NCBI GenBank assembly: GCA_903813345.2 | Contig: CAIIXF020000001.1 | Location: 48,298,001-48,362,000, forward strand | Source of the DNA: Owenia fusiformis | Lineage: Eukaryota | DNA length: 64,000 nucleotides | Reading direction: 5' to 3' | Program-made: the position numbers and the translations under genes | The notes under the pieces: generated by a model | What the model saw: only the letters and a program-made list of their open reading frames with translations | What the model was told of the DNA's origin: nothing | Database searches by the model: none | In this document: piece after piece, positions 37,303 to 51,042 of the stretch | How positions within the stretch are numbered: the first letter of the stretch is position 1 | How the letters are laid out: the number at the start of each line of letters is the position of its first letter

Positions 37303-40300
37303 TAGTAGATGGGTTAACTGCATTTTAGGGGGTCTGGACTTCAATCTATGATGCAAACGTTTCCTTTGACATGAGAGTACCTTAGGACCATAGAATCAAA
37401 TTTATCCAAAGACACACGCCAGATGGCGCTTTATATTGGAAATATTCAAATTTTTCAAAATGGCCGCCAAAAATACAACGGAGACAATATATTTTCTTCT
37501 ATGCATACTATAATGATACGATTGGTGCCTAAATATACATTTTGTGGGTGAAGAATCAATATAATATGGGTTTGAGTCTTGAAAATTAGGAATTTCCTCT
37601 TTATATCAAAAAATTATGCCTTTTTCAAAATGGCTGCCAAAGATGTAACAAAGATGATATCTTCACTTGTATGCATGCTACAATAGTAAGATTGATGTCC
37701 AAGTATACATTAATGGGTGGTAGAATTCATTTGATAAGGTTTATAGTCTTTAGTGGGAATATAGTTCAGTGGGGATATAGTGAAGCCCTCCGTCCGTCAG
37801 TCTGTCAGTTCATTGTTTATCTTATTATGATTTTGCAATTATTGTCAGAATCCTTCAAAGTATGGCCATATGTACTCAATTAAATTGAAGATGGTGTTAA
37901 TTTTATGATTAATGCCTCAGAAAATTCAAAATGTCCCAGAGAAGGAGCTGATTAGCTATTACTTACTAGATATGTTGTCAAGGTATGGTTACATTATATT
38001 AAGTTAGATCTCAATTTTTTATTGTCTAAATATAATTTTTTTTAGCATTGACTAAATGGTCACCAAAATGTTTAAATCAGCGGAAATTCTGATATTGTAC
38101 TGTATGTCTATTAGTTATCTAACATTTTCACTTTTTATTGAAAATGTATGCCTTTTTCCAATGGCTGTGGAAAATATTACAAAAATAGATCTAACAAGGG
38201 CTCTTAAACTTCTTCAAAAGTAGAATAGTTCGAAAGTGTAGTTTTGAATATCAATTAGCGATGACAGAAACTATGCTGAAAACAATGGATAGCATGGGGG
38301 ATGTGGTTTTCAACTTCAGTGCATTTCAAATACCGTCCACTTTTAAGTAATTGTTGATATAAAGTGAGACAACTTTTGATATGTTTTAATTGAGAAAAAC
38401 AAGATCATCTTTTTACAAAATAAGCTTAACATTTTAAAAAAGTGCCAATAATATAATAATAATCCATAATTTTCCAGAAAGTTGTATTCATATTTTACAA
38501 TCATGGGGACTTCACTTGGAATAAAACACATTGTTTTAATAATAAACACTGTATTTATAGTAGAAGTACTCATGGTGAAAGACATATTGCCGTTTAAAAT
38601 CTTAAAATCTTAATCTCTTAAATGTTGAAATGAGAAAATAAGAATATTTTTCTCAATATGACAATATTCGGTGCTGTATGTGTGTACATACATGTCTTTT
38701 TCAAAACGGTTGCCAATCAACAAGCTTAATAGTTTGTTGATTGGATTAGTGGAAGACTCGGAAAACAGAGACATCTTCCATGATTTGGTCAGAGGAGATG
38801 AAGAGGGTTCTGCATTACTGTCATAATATGCAGCCCTTAAAATCTATCCCGATCTTCAAGATTTTCTCTCGCCAGAAGGTTTCTGGCCCTTTCTAACTAT
38901 ATGTACATATGTATGTCTGTCCTGCGTGGTTTCTATCTATCACATTTCTCTGTTATGTATGTTGCATTGCAACAACTACAGTTGCACTACCATTGCAGAT
39001 GCATGTTGATTGGAAGTTATTAAAGAGACACTGGTCTTTCTGGTGAATTTGAGTATAATGAACATTGAAAGATAAATACACATTTGCTCTGTTAAGCCGA
39101 AAGCGATTATTTTTAAGACTCATAATCCAATTTGCTAGATGCGAGTAGTAACAATCTTTATTTTTGTCATTCAAAATTCAGTCTAACTGATGTTGAATTT
39201 GGAATCGTCATAAAAAAAGACATCAAGAAATGTGGTTTTGAAATGAGTCCATCAACTTTAGAATTAAATTTTCTTCAAAAAATGTGACATTTAGGTCAGG
39301 GAGATTCCCCATAGTCCCCATGTTGTAAAACACAAAAAGTAAAATATCTTTTCTTGTGTTGTGCAGATAATATTTTCTTTACCTGGAGATATTTTAATTT
39401 GTACAACTATCAGATACAAACTAGTAATATGAAATGTGAACCACCAAATAATATTCAAGTTTAAGGGAACTTTGTAATACTCTGCAATGTTATTTCACCC
39501 GAATTAACCACCTGGTGGGGAAAATAGTAACTACCTACTTGCATCTGCGTAATTAAATAGATTTTACATTCCCAAAAATGTAGATTTTGAAGCCAATTTT
39601 ATGAAATATTATGCCCAGAAGTAAAGAGACTTTTAGCAAAGATACAATTTTTGTTAGCAAAGATACAATCTTTGTTAGCAAAGGTACAATCTTTGTTAGC
39701 AAAGATACAAGCTTTGTTATATTTTCAGCTGCATATATTTCCAATATAAAGTGAAAACTATAATCTCACCAGACTTAATAAAATTGATTCTCCTACCCCG
39801 TAGATATAAAATTTTGACACCAATCGTATCAGTGTAGCATGCACTGATTTGAAGATATCATCATTGTTATATTTCTGGTGGCCATTTTTAAAAGCGCATA
39901 ATTTCCTTTAAAGTGAAAATTCTTATTATGAAAGACCTATTTAAATGGATTCTACAACCCAATATTATGTATACTTTGACACCACTCTTATCATTGTAGG
40001 ATGCTTAGAAGCGAAGATATCTACTTTGTTATATTTCTGGCATCCATTTTGAAAAATGCATATATTTTGAATATAAGTGCAAGTGATGAATTTACAAGAC
40101 TTGAAACCTAATTAAATAGATTCTACAACTACATTAATGTATTTTTTGACACCACTCTTATAATTGTAGCATGCACAGAAGCAAAACTATTGTCTCTGAT
40201 GCATTTTGGCGGCCATTTTGAAAAATGTGTATATTTCCAATATAAAGCGCCATCTAGCTTGTGTCTTTGGATAAATTTGTTTCTATTGCCCTAAGGTAAG

Positions 40301-40713
40301 TCCATGCCAAAGGGGACATTTTGTAAGGTAAGATATCTTAATTTGTAAGTATTCGTAAGTCAAGATATCTTCTTTGTTATATTTCTGGCAGTCATTTTGA
40401 AAAACGCGTATATTTTGAATATAAAGTGGAAGTTCTTAATTTTCAAGACTCAAGATCTAATAAAATAGATTCTTCGACTACATCGCTGTATTTTTTGACA
40501 CCAATCTTTTAATTGTAGCACGTACAGAATCAAAGATATTGTCTCTGATGAATTTTTGGCGGCCATTTTGAAAAATGTGTATATTTCCAATATAAAGCGC
40601 CATCTAGCTTGTGTCTTTGGATAAATTTATTTCTATTGCCCTAAGGTACTTCCATGCCAAAGGGGACATTTGCATCATACAATGAAGTCCAAATGTAGTT
40701 AACCCATCTACTA
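37303..40713. mobile_element. Non-autonomous DNA transposon with long TAGTAGATGG TIRs (Academ-like termini)
   Basis: TAGTAGATGGGTTAACT / AGTTAACCCATCTACTA; inverted similarity extends well over 150 bp, with internal ~180-bp AAAATGGCYGCC repeats; no TSD seen. Confidence 0.7.
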
Positions 40714-41979
40714 ATTTTCCTGAATGTGACATCGAGATATTATTGCATTTATGAGTGGTAAAACATGAAAAAAAGCATTTTCATTTAAAATTAGCATATG
40801 ATTTGAATTGATGCCAAGAAATGTATTAGTTAACTGTATCCGTTTTACATCCATTGCAGTTGGCTACATTATAAGACAAGGCATTCACATGCAAAATGTC
40901 AACACCTGCCATTTGTTACAGACACCAACTGCCAAACACCAACTGCCAAATGATAAACACCAACCACTGAACACCGTCCACAAAAAAGTTTGAGACCATA
41001 ACAATATGTCACCACTTGTGGTGGTGACATAAAAATGATCATGGAAAATTGTATTTTTTTAAAAAAGTAGGAACTTCTGAGGTTATTAGAAAATTGGAAG
41101 ATAAGGAAGGATTCTGGCTGGGAAGGATATTAGGGTTATAAATTGCAATGAAACTAAAACAAAACATTCTTTTTCTCAAATATCACAGTGTATATTCAAA
41201 TCACAAATACGATATCATACAATTACAATAAGGGTCTAGTGCACTTTCCATTATGATATCCCCATGAACAAAATGAATCATTTTTAGGTGTAACATAAAG
41301 AATTCAATGTCACATAATACTGTGGAAAATATTTGGGCGTTTGGACCCACATGGGCTGAGGTTGAGGTCATTTAGTTCAGCAAGGGTGTATTGACTTGCC
41401 ATTGAATGGGCTCCATTGACTTAACATGTGGATATCATCAATTCCAATAGAGGCCATTGGTTTCTATTGATTTTCACAAAAATACCTAAAATACACTATG
41501 ACCTGAATCGATTGCAAATTAAATAATTTCACAGTATGACACAAATGGTATATCACATCAGATGTGCAAATATAAAGTTTGCAATCGATTCAGGTCATAC
41601 TTCAAATTAAAAGATTATACATTTTTTCCATCATTTTTTCCTACAAAATGGCTATAGAAAAATGCTTCAAAAGCAACTTTTATACTAATGAAATCCCATA
41701 CAACTTTCTAAATCCAAAGATTATACTGTTATGTTTCATTAATTAATAACATATTTGGATAATATGTTAGGATGTGTAGGATGCAAATGGATTTTGACAG
41801 ACACAAAAAGACTTCTTGGTTTGGCATCTCTACCCCTGTACACTTTATGATTGAATATTGGCCCTAATAAGTGGCCCTTTCATCAATACAGTGCTGAATA
41901 TAGGTCAACAAGATACTAGTGTACATATAAATATAATAATACCTATAGCTAGGTCTGAATATTAAACTCCAGCCAAATA

Positions 41980-44900
41980 CACGGGTAGTATCTAAAGCCC
42001 CGTTATGATTTAGAAGTCGCGAGCAAGTTCCCGCTGAAATCGCGAGCAATTAAAAGAAAAGAAGGGTTATCTTTTGTTTACTTAAATTGTATGTTGTACA
42101 AAGCGTTTTCATTTAATTTTACTCAATTATTACATGGTATTGATACTAAAGAGCAACTGCTGCAAAAAAGTATCACGAGCTGATGTTCTGAGTTTCGTTA
42201 TTTGATAATTGGAGAGAGAATGTATCATCTTGAATCTTTATCTATATATTTCTATATTTTATAGCTGAAGAAGGTCATTGCCCTTCAGTTGATATGGTCA
42301 TAGTAATATGAAATGAAGGTATTGTGAGTTTCACTTCCTAAAGTTTCACAAAAAAGTATATATTCAAACTTTACCATATTCCTCAAGGCCCCGCTTCTAC
42401 CATGAGCAATAAACTAAAGATCCCGCTGAAAACATGAGGAGGCCCCGCTGAAAACATGAGGAGGTCCCGCTGAAATCAGGAGCAAGTGGCTCTCCAAAAT
42501 GTATTGAAGACCGATTTGACTTTTCAAATCTGTCACAACTGTAGCCAACGTAATAGATATATTAATTATTGATACTCTACACAGCACATGTATATCATAT
42601 ATCATTATCATCGTTATTATTGGTTCGAGCACCCCCCCCGCCCTTACCAAAAGCTGGCTACGAGCATGATTCAAACAAAACCGTTTCACTAGTAGTATTT
42701 CGACCTGACTCCATCGAGAAATTTACCAAGAGAAGATTTAAATCCATTCCACGACTTTTGACAAGTTTCAAAAAACTCGTTCTTCTTTGTATGCAATACG
42801 CAATACATATTTATATTTTACTGAAGTTACATTACACTATAATTCAGTATATCACTACCTTAGACGAATCAGCAGCAATGGCGCACACGTTTAAAAAGGC
42901 AATTTATGGATCCACTGCTACATGTTAGTAACAAAGGAGTACCAGCGTTCTTAAATCAAAAATGCATGATGTTATTTTATTATCTCGAAGTACGCATCAT
43001 ACATTTCCGATTATAAGTCCAAAATAGTAATAATCAAATAATTTCATCATGAACAATTAATCGTAGGTTCTGTTAAACGTACGTGTTACGCGGTAAACAA
43101 GATACAAATATATGTCATATTCTGCAACAAATATGCCATATTCACTTGCGGTGTATGACAGATTCAGCTAATACCCACTAATCAAAGAGAACGTTATACG
43201 GAAGTACGCAATTGTCAATTGCATCGATTGAACGAACGACAGTACAGTGCATCAACTATTAATGCAGAAGTATCACTCAGCAATCTCACGTGATAAACTT
43301 ACTCAATAAATCCAGGATTGATATATAATTACTCAAAGCACTGACTATATTGGTAATCCAAGATAGTTTAACATGTACCTGTAGAGTCGATTCTCGCTAC
43401 CAATCAAATCAACGCTTTCTCTATCACGTTTTCACCTGCTTTATATGTCATTTTCACCTGCGGTATATGGCAAATTCCGCAAGTGACTATCAGGTATTCA
43501 CTGAAATCAATGTATCGCATATTCACTGCGGAATATCGCATACTCACCTGCGGAACATGCCATATACTGCAGGTGAGTATGGCATATTCACCCGTATCAC
43601 AAATACCGCACAACCATGAATGTATGCCATATTCCGCGTAACATCGTACGTGTTACGCGGAATATGGAATATATTCATGGTTGCGTGGTATTTGCGATAC
43701 GGGTGAATATGCCATATTCAACTGCGGTATATGGCGTATCCCGCAGGTGAGTACGGCATATTCCGCATTGAATATGTGATACATTGATTTCAGTAAATAC
43801 CTGATGCTGACCTGCAGAATATGTCATACTCATTTGCAGAATATGCCATACACCGCAGGTGAGTATGCCATGCACCGCAGGTGAATATATTTGTTCTGGA
43901 ATATGATATATATTTGTATCGTCTTTACCGCGTCACAATATGTCCAGGAAAACGGCTTATGCAGGACATACGATTTACATGTCCCGGATCCTCGTTTGAG
44001 CGAGACATATGAAAAATATTTTTGCCCGGATATGGAATATATTCCGGTTGCTATGTCCCTGAAACCTTATCAGGTATGGAAAACAAATCATTATCTAAAT
44101 AAATATTTAAAAACAAAAACTTGAATGTTATTGTTCAATTATAAAAGTAGAACCTGAATTATCATGGAGACTTTGTGGTTCTCCTTTCTCTCTAAATTTC
44201 ATCTTCTTGCAACTTGGGGTGTCTTTGTTTAATACAAGGCTTATTTCCCTGCTTCCATTAAGTTGTCTTGAAATGATATCCATCTTTATCCCATACATTT
44301 TGGTAAGGATGCAATTCTATAAAATGTCTGACGAAATCTCTGGTGACTTGAAGTTGCAATAGAAACATTTGAAACGTGGCCCTAGAATGAAACAGTATAT
44401 ATACAGTAATTTTTAGAAATACTTAACTTGGTCTTCGCATACGTTTATGTGAAGAACCTCAATATCTTATGTGATAGTAATGAAGCTTTCCTCGTGATCG
44501 AAGCGGGTACTCGTGAATTCTGCTCCTGGTTTCAGCGGGACCTCCTCATGTTTTCAGCGGGGCTTCCTCATAATTTCAGCGGGGCCACTGGAACACCTTC
44601 AACGATGTATTTCACCCCCCACAGTGGATGTTTTTTTAAACTAACTTATCAATACATACAATGTTGATCCAATATTCATAATGAGGTATGTATATCGTAG
44701 TTCTTATCTCTATTTTAACGATAAAAGTAATATGTTAACAGTAAATTATGCAAACGTGCATATTAACGCCCGTTTCTTCCATGTCAATAAAAATAGTTAT
44801 CTAACATGTCATTGTTTGTGTAGATATACCTGTTCTGAAAGTATACCTAAGGTATCAAGGAACAGTAATGCGTATTCTTACCTTTTTGGTACATATTTCC

Positions 44901-44993
44901 AGATAAATTAAATAAAAAGTACTTTGCTCGTGATTTCAGCGGGAACTTGCTCGCGACTTTTGAATCATGACGGGGCTTTGGATACTACCCGTG
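41980..44993. mobile_element. Non-autonomous DNA transposon with CACGG...CCGTG ends and 5-bp TSD
   Basis: ~70-bp TIR CACGGGTAGTATCTAAAGCCCCG; TSD AAATA at 41975-41979 and 44994-44998; subterminal CCCGCTGAAA repeats. Confidence 0.9.
43084..43937. mobile_element. Pair of TGT...ACA-ended elements in tail-to-tail inverted arrangement
   Basis: TGTTACGCGG at 43084 and 43651, CCGCGTAACA ending 43643, CCGCGTCACA ending 43937; long central palindrome. Confidence 0.65.
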
Positions 44994-47729
44994 AAATAGA
45001 GCCACCACAATATTTCAACCTTTGTAACCCTTGCAAAAAGATTTTCTTGCAATAAAAATGTAAAAATAGCTTAGGGTACTTGTAAGCCAATTTGATTTTA
45101 AGGTAGACATGTCTCGATATTTTTCAATAATTTTCATGATTATAAATACCGATAATCAATGAAAGGGACAATATTTTCACATTTGTAATTGTATGTGTAT
45201 GCATGGTCCATGTGTATGTTACCATAATTCTTTATATCCACTTAAAATGTAAAAAATTTTGCCCAATTTATAAATATCAGATAATTTATTCATCACCAAA
45301 ATTAGTAAAAATTATCAACATGCAGAACTACCTTAAAGAGTTTAATCTCTCACTCAGTCACAATCATGTCAACCAAAACTGTACTCGTGTTACATAATAT
45401 AGGATTATACAGCTTACCATACGTGTGCAATCTATATAGCATCCACACTGACATCTTTACAGAATCATATATAATTTTTGAATATAAACTCAACCCAATA
45501 AGGCGAGTACTAAAGAATTTACTTACCTGCCATCTAAAAATCTGCTTGGAACTACCATTGGATTACCATTGGATTCCTCCAAGAGAATATTCTAGGGCGC
45601 ATTCAGCTTACATAATTTGAGAAATTAATGGCATACGTAAAACCTATTTAAAACAGCATTTATCATATTCAAAAGCGTTGAGCATCAATGATTCCCAGCC
45701 CTCTGAAGTTTGAAAAATAAAAATACCTGGGTGTTAATCCATGGATTATCTTTGAAAACGAGAAATATATTTTTGGATTACATGGTGTAATCTTAAAGTA
45801 AACAAAATGTTTTAAAGTGTATTGATGTTTTTTGGATGAAAAACATAAGCGAAATTCATGAAAAAAATCCCCCGATTCATTCTACAAACAACTCGCCCTC
45901 CTTTGATGACAAGATTGTTTATGTGCCGCCCGCCCGCACGCCAGCAAGCCCGTACGCCCGTACGCCCGCTCAACAGCACAAGACGACGACAATATAGCAC
46001 TTTTTCAAAGTGCGATAAAAATGTGTAATAAGTGTCAATTGATGAACAGATTCATTACACACATAAATATGCCTACAACATAGAAGGAAGACAATGATAA
46101 CACTTCCAAAATTAATTTCAAAATCATATCTTTTTAAAATGCAATGTATGCATAAATCCGAACAGTTAAAACAAGGTTTTTGGTCAGTTTTTACAAAAAT
46201 TAGCAACCCTTTTGAGTTGAGGTCATTTTAGAAATTCCCAAATCATGTGGAAACCTTCCATTTTTATGGAGCATTATGTCTGTCATTTTAAATTGAGGGT
46301 CAATTTGAATCAACACCCAATTTTTAACAAGGCATTAAAATGTCACCACCTAGTTGCTCACAATATTATTGTAGATGATTTTGAAAAAAATGGTCAATTT
46401 GAAGCAAGTTGAAAAAAGACATTTTTTGACCCTGAAAAGGTCAATAAAGGTGGAATCTAAAATCTAAAGTCAGATTTGAACTTCTGAGAACTAGTAGAAG
46501 ATTTTGACAAAAATGTTCAATTTGTAGCAAGTTGAAAAATACCTTTTTGACCTTGAGAAGGTCATTGAAGGTCAAATCTATAGTCAGATTTGAACTTTTG
46601 AGAACTTCTAGTTGATTTTGAAAATAATTGATCAATTTGAAGCAAGTTGAAAAATACCTTTTTGACTTTTTCGACCTTGAGAAGGCCAATGAAGATCAGA
46701 TTTGAACTTCTGATAACTTGTAGATGATTTTGAAAAAAAATTGTCAAATTGTCAATTTGGAGCAAGTTGAAAAAAGGTGATCACTGACCACCAGCAGCCG
46801 TAAAAGAAAACGGAGACCATAACAAGGTGGTCACATAAAAACCTTCAAAAGAGGAACTTTTAAATTATTTTTCTCTTTTCTTACATACCAGGGGTTTCTT
46901 CTACACATCTGAATGTGTTGAAATTCAAACTATGAAAAAATTTAATTTTGGTTACCCTTTGGGAAAATGACATGGGCTATGTGATTTTCAACTTTATCAG
47001 TTCCCATACCCAGTGCTTTCAGTAGGTTTGTCTAAGAGTGCGTCCCTGAGATGGATTGATTTTCAAAAAGTGAGTTCCATGAAAAAAGGTTCCGGGAATT
47101 CAAAGTCACATTTTTACACTGAACGAAAAAATTGATGAAAAGTTTCTAACCATATTTGTTATTTATCGGCCTAAATCAGCATTCTACAAATGTCTAGAAG
47201 GTCACTAAATGATACAGGTACCTTCACTTGAAAGAGATAACTTATATTCAACCATTAAATACACTTTTCCTTTCATATTTCGAAGCAATTTGCACTTGGG
47301 GCAATCTCCACGAGGTTCCATTTATTAGTTCTGTTTCATGCGCATGCGCAACAAATCCAGTAATTTGATTAGTTAAAATCATTAAGACGCATGCGCGATT
47401 ATTTATCGTGGTCAATCATAGGACTTGTACAGATTACCGCTCGGTACTGTAGCAACTGCTTAGTGATTGCCCTATCACAGGCCTCGTACTATTTCGATCG
47501 TAAATCAACTTCCGGAAAAGAAACGTTGAAAGAAAATATCGTATTTCTTTTAGAAACACAATATCCTTAGTTTATTAAGCGGATTTTGACCAAATAAAAG
47601 ACTAAAGATAAGATATTTTTCCGAGTCTATTAATTTTGTTAATAAAAACACAGGACTTTGCGTCCAAGGGACAGATCATTTTATTTTTTTGGTGTCCCTT
47701 CATCAAAATCCGAGTCCTCCTAATGTTAA

Positions 47730-48486
47730 GGTCTCATGGAAGTTAACAGGAAATGACAAAACAAAAAATGACAAAGCCATGCTGGATTTTGAAAATTTTT
47801 TGAACCAAGATAACAGAGTTCTGTTTGGACCTCCAGTCAGTTTAACTAGTTCCACATATCATTTACATGACCAGGAACACAATTGAAATGGTCAGAATGA
47901 CCATAAACATGATAAAATAACCTTTTTAGCCCTCTGAAGATGTGGCTGAAAAATAGCTAAAAGTAGGTGCTCAGGAAAGGTCAATGAACAGAATCTTTTG
48001 ATTTTTTCAGAATATGTGTCCAATATATTGCTCTAAATGACACAATCTTTGAAATTTTAAAAAATCGTCTGAAACAATAATGGCTGTAGTAAAAAGGAAA
48101 ATAGATCGATTTTCAATTCAGTTTTTTTCAATTTTTTCTTTTTCTAAGAATGATATCAAATTTTTTTGAATTGTATCATTTAGAGCAATATATTGGGCAC
48201 ATTTTCTGAAAAAGTCAAAATATTCTGTTCAGTGACCTTTCCTGAGCACCTACTCTTAGCTATTTTTTAGTCACATTTTCAGAGGGCTGAAAAGGTTATT
48301 CTATCATATTTATGGTCATTCTGACCATTTAAACTGTGTTCCTGGTCATGTAAATGATATGTGGAACTAGTTAAACTGACTGGAGGTCCAAACAGAACTC
48401 TGTTATCTTGGTTCAAAAAATTTTCAAAATCCAGCATGGCTTTGTCATTTTTTGTTTTGTCACTTCCTGTTAACTTCCATGAGACC
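47730..48486. mobile_element. Foldback element flanked by TTAA (Kolobok-like)
   Basis: TTAA|GGTCTCATGGAAG...CTTCCATGAGACC|TTAA; ~330-bp near-perfect inverted arms. The two near-identical ORFs in the track here are artefacts of the palindrome. Confidence 0.85.
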
Positions 48487-49469
48487 TTAAGGATGCGTAC
48501 TAAAAGCCCTGCATACCATACTTTAATATGTGTTTCTTTCTTAATACATAGCTCAATATTTCCTAGAACTAGCAATTGTACTCTTCCTGTGGTATTTAAT
48601 AAATGAAATAAATCATATAAGATTATGCCAATTATGGGAACTGTATGAGGATATCCAAATGAGCATATACATCATATTTATTTGTTTCCCAGTTTGGCTT
48701 ACATAATTTATACTTTGAGACACTTTGTAACATCAATAATAAATGTAACTAACAAAATACCATTTTTTAAATATCTTAGCTTGTGATAAGACATACACCC
48801 ACTAGGGTGTCATTATCACTGATATGTATATATGTTTATATGATTTTAATAAATAAAAAAATTTTAAAAAGGGACATACAAAAAGGTAAGTAAACAAGGC
48901 ATTTGTTACAGATGCCAACCACTGAACACCAAATACCAGCCGTCGTCCACAAAAATTGGACAACACTTGTGGTGGTGACATAACAATAGAAAGTGAGCAA
49001 AGCAAAGTAAAGTATACAAAGTTCTCCCAAGGTTTTTTTCTCACGTGTCAAGTGTAAAAATTCTCATAATTTCTCGCCAATAAAGTTGGTAAAAATTTGA
49101 CAAATTCTCATAATTTCTCACATTTCCAAAACAGTATGTATGTTTTCAAAATCTGAAGTGGGTGCAGCATCCATTTGCTTTATACTTGGGAGAACACTGG
49201 ATATATGTCCATGCCTTACCTTGATACCAATGGATGTTGTGAAGCCTTTGCAGACAGAAGGTATAAGAACTATTACAAGCAGAGTTCCCAATCCTATTGC
49301 TCCCCAAGGAATCATCATACACTCAATACACCTGCTACCAACACGGTGGAACCCTAAATAATAACATAGTTGGTATAAACATCATTGTTGTATCTAGACA
49401 AGCACCACAAATATAAAAGTTGATCAGGCAGGAAAATTCTTAAATATTATAAATATAACAGAATTTTTT

Positions 49470-51042
49470 GTTTTTCCGTAAAAAATACCAAACTCCCGTA
49501 CCGTTTTCTCCCGTAAAAACTCCCGTACCGTATTTCTACTAAAATCTCCTGTAATTTTTTTTAAAAATATGGCCGTAAAATCTCCCGTATTTTTGCTGAA
49601 ATCTCCCGTAAAATCTCCGTATTCTGGTATAACTCCTGTAAAATCTCCCGTATTCTTGGTATAACTCCCGTAAAATCTCCCGTTTTCTGGTATAACTCCC
49701 GTAAAATCTCCCGTATTCAGATTCAAAATCTAGAGTAAAAATTCTAGTTTTTTCAGAAATCTACCGTAGAAACTAGTTTTTTCAAAATCGACCGTAAAAA
49801 CTCCCGTTTTTCCGAAATCTACTGTAAAAACTCCCGTTCTTTCAAAATCTACCTTAAAAACTCCTGTTTTTTCAAAATCTAAAATAAAAACTCCCGTTTT
49901 TTCAGAAATCTACCGTAAAAACTCCCGTTTTTTCAAAATCTACCGTAAAAACTCCAGTTTTTTCAGAAATCTACCTTAAAAACTCCTATTTTTCAGAAAT
50001 CTACCGTAAAAACTCCAGTTTTTTCAGAATTTACTGTAAAAACTCTCGTTTTTTTCAGAAATCTACCGTAAAAACTCCCGTTTTTTCAGAATCTACCGTA
50101 AAAACTCCCGTTTTTTCAGAATCTACCGTAAAAACTCCCGTTTTTCAGAATCTACCGCAAAAACTCCCGTTTTTTCTGAAATCTTCCATAAAAAAGTCAT
50201 GTTTTTTAAAATTTACCGCGAAAAATACCTTTTTTAAAAAATCTCCCGTAAAAACTCCTGTTATTTCAAAATCTCCCGTAAAAACTCCCGTACTTTCAAA
50301 ATTTACCGCAAAAACTCCAGTTTCAAAATCTACCGTAAAAACTCCAGTTTTTTTCAAAATCTAGAGTAAAAACTCCTGTTTTTCAGAAATCTACCGTAAA
50401 AACTAGTTTTTTCAAAATCGACCATAAAAACTCCAGTTTTTCCGAAATCTACCGTAAAAACTCCAGTTCTTTCAAAATCTACCTTAAAAACTCCCGTTTT
50501 TTCAAAATCTAAAGTAAAAACTCCCGTTTTTTCAGAAATCTACCGTAAAAACTCTCGTTTTTTCAAAATCTACCGTAAAAACTTCCGTTTTTTCAGAAAT
50601 CTACCTTAAAAACTCCTATTTTCAGAAATCTACCGTAAAAACTCCAGTTTTTTCAGAATTTACCGTAAAAACTCTCGTTTTTTCAGAAATCTACCGTAAA
50701 AATTCCCGTTTTTCAGAATCTACCGCAAAAACTCACGTTTTTTCTGAAATCTTCCGTAAAAAAGTCATGTTTTTTAAAATTTACCGCGAAAAATACCTTT
50801 TTTAAAAAATCTCCCGTAAAAACTCCTGTTATTTCAAAATCTCCCGTAAAAACTCCCGTACTTTCAAAATTTACCGCAAAAACTCCCGTTTTTTTAAATC
50901 TCCCGTAAAAACTACCGTTTTTTCAAAAATCTCCTGTAAAAACTCCCGCAAAAACTACCGGATTTTGAAAAAAACTCCCATTAAAGTACCGCAATTTTTT
51001 TTAAATCTCCCGAAAATTTTTCATTTTAGGTTGGCAAGTCTG
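49470..51042. repeat. ~30-bp minisatellite array (AAAATCTACCGTAAAAACTCCCGTTTTTTC) with a ~630-bp higher-order duplication; probably expanded transposon subterminal repeats
   Basis: Dozens of units. Variant unit AAAATCTAGAGTAAAA and its downstream variant order recur at ~49725 and ~50356. The right end GGTTGGCAAGTCTG resembles a DNA-transposon TIR. Confidence 0.9.

Larger units (their letters stand above)
36697..45904. mobile_element. ~9.2-kb segment bounded by ~320-bp near-identical inverted arms, splitting a HINE-like element (36116-36696 and 45905-46020)
   Basis: Arms 36697-37021 and 45589-45904 (AAAGGAGGGCGAGTTG / CAACTCGCCCTCCTTT); the flanks rejoin to CCAGGAAA-TTTGATGACAAG, like the host repeat unit. 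Confidence 0.65.

Noticed and set aside
45410..45515. Possible extra exon of the - strand membrane gene
   Set aside because: It has splice-like ends but lies inside the 9.2-kb inserted unit, and no convincing frame links it to the other exons.
47689..48606. Duplicated small protein (KVSWKLTG.DKTKNDKAML...) on both strands
   Set aside because: Both ORFs are the two arms of one TTAA-flanked foldback element.
49470..51000. CRISPR array or coding repeat ORFs (49424-49726, 50145-50357)
   Set aside because: Units are contiguous degenerate tandem repeats with no unique spacers; the ORFs are translations of the minisatellite.
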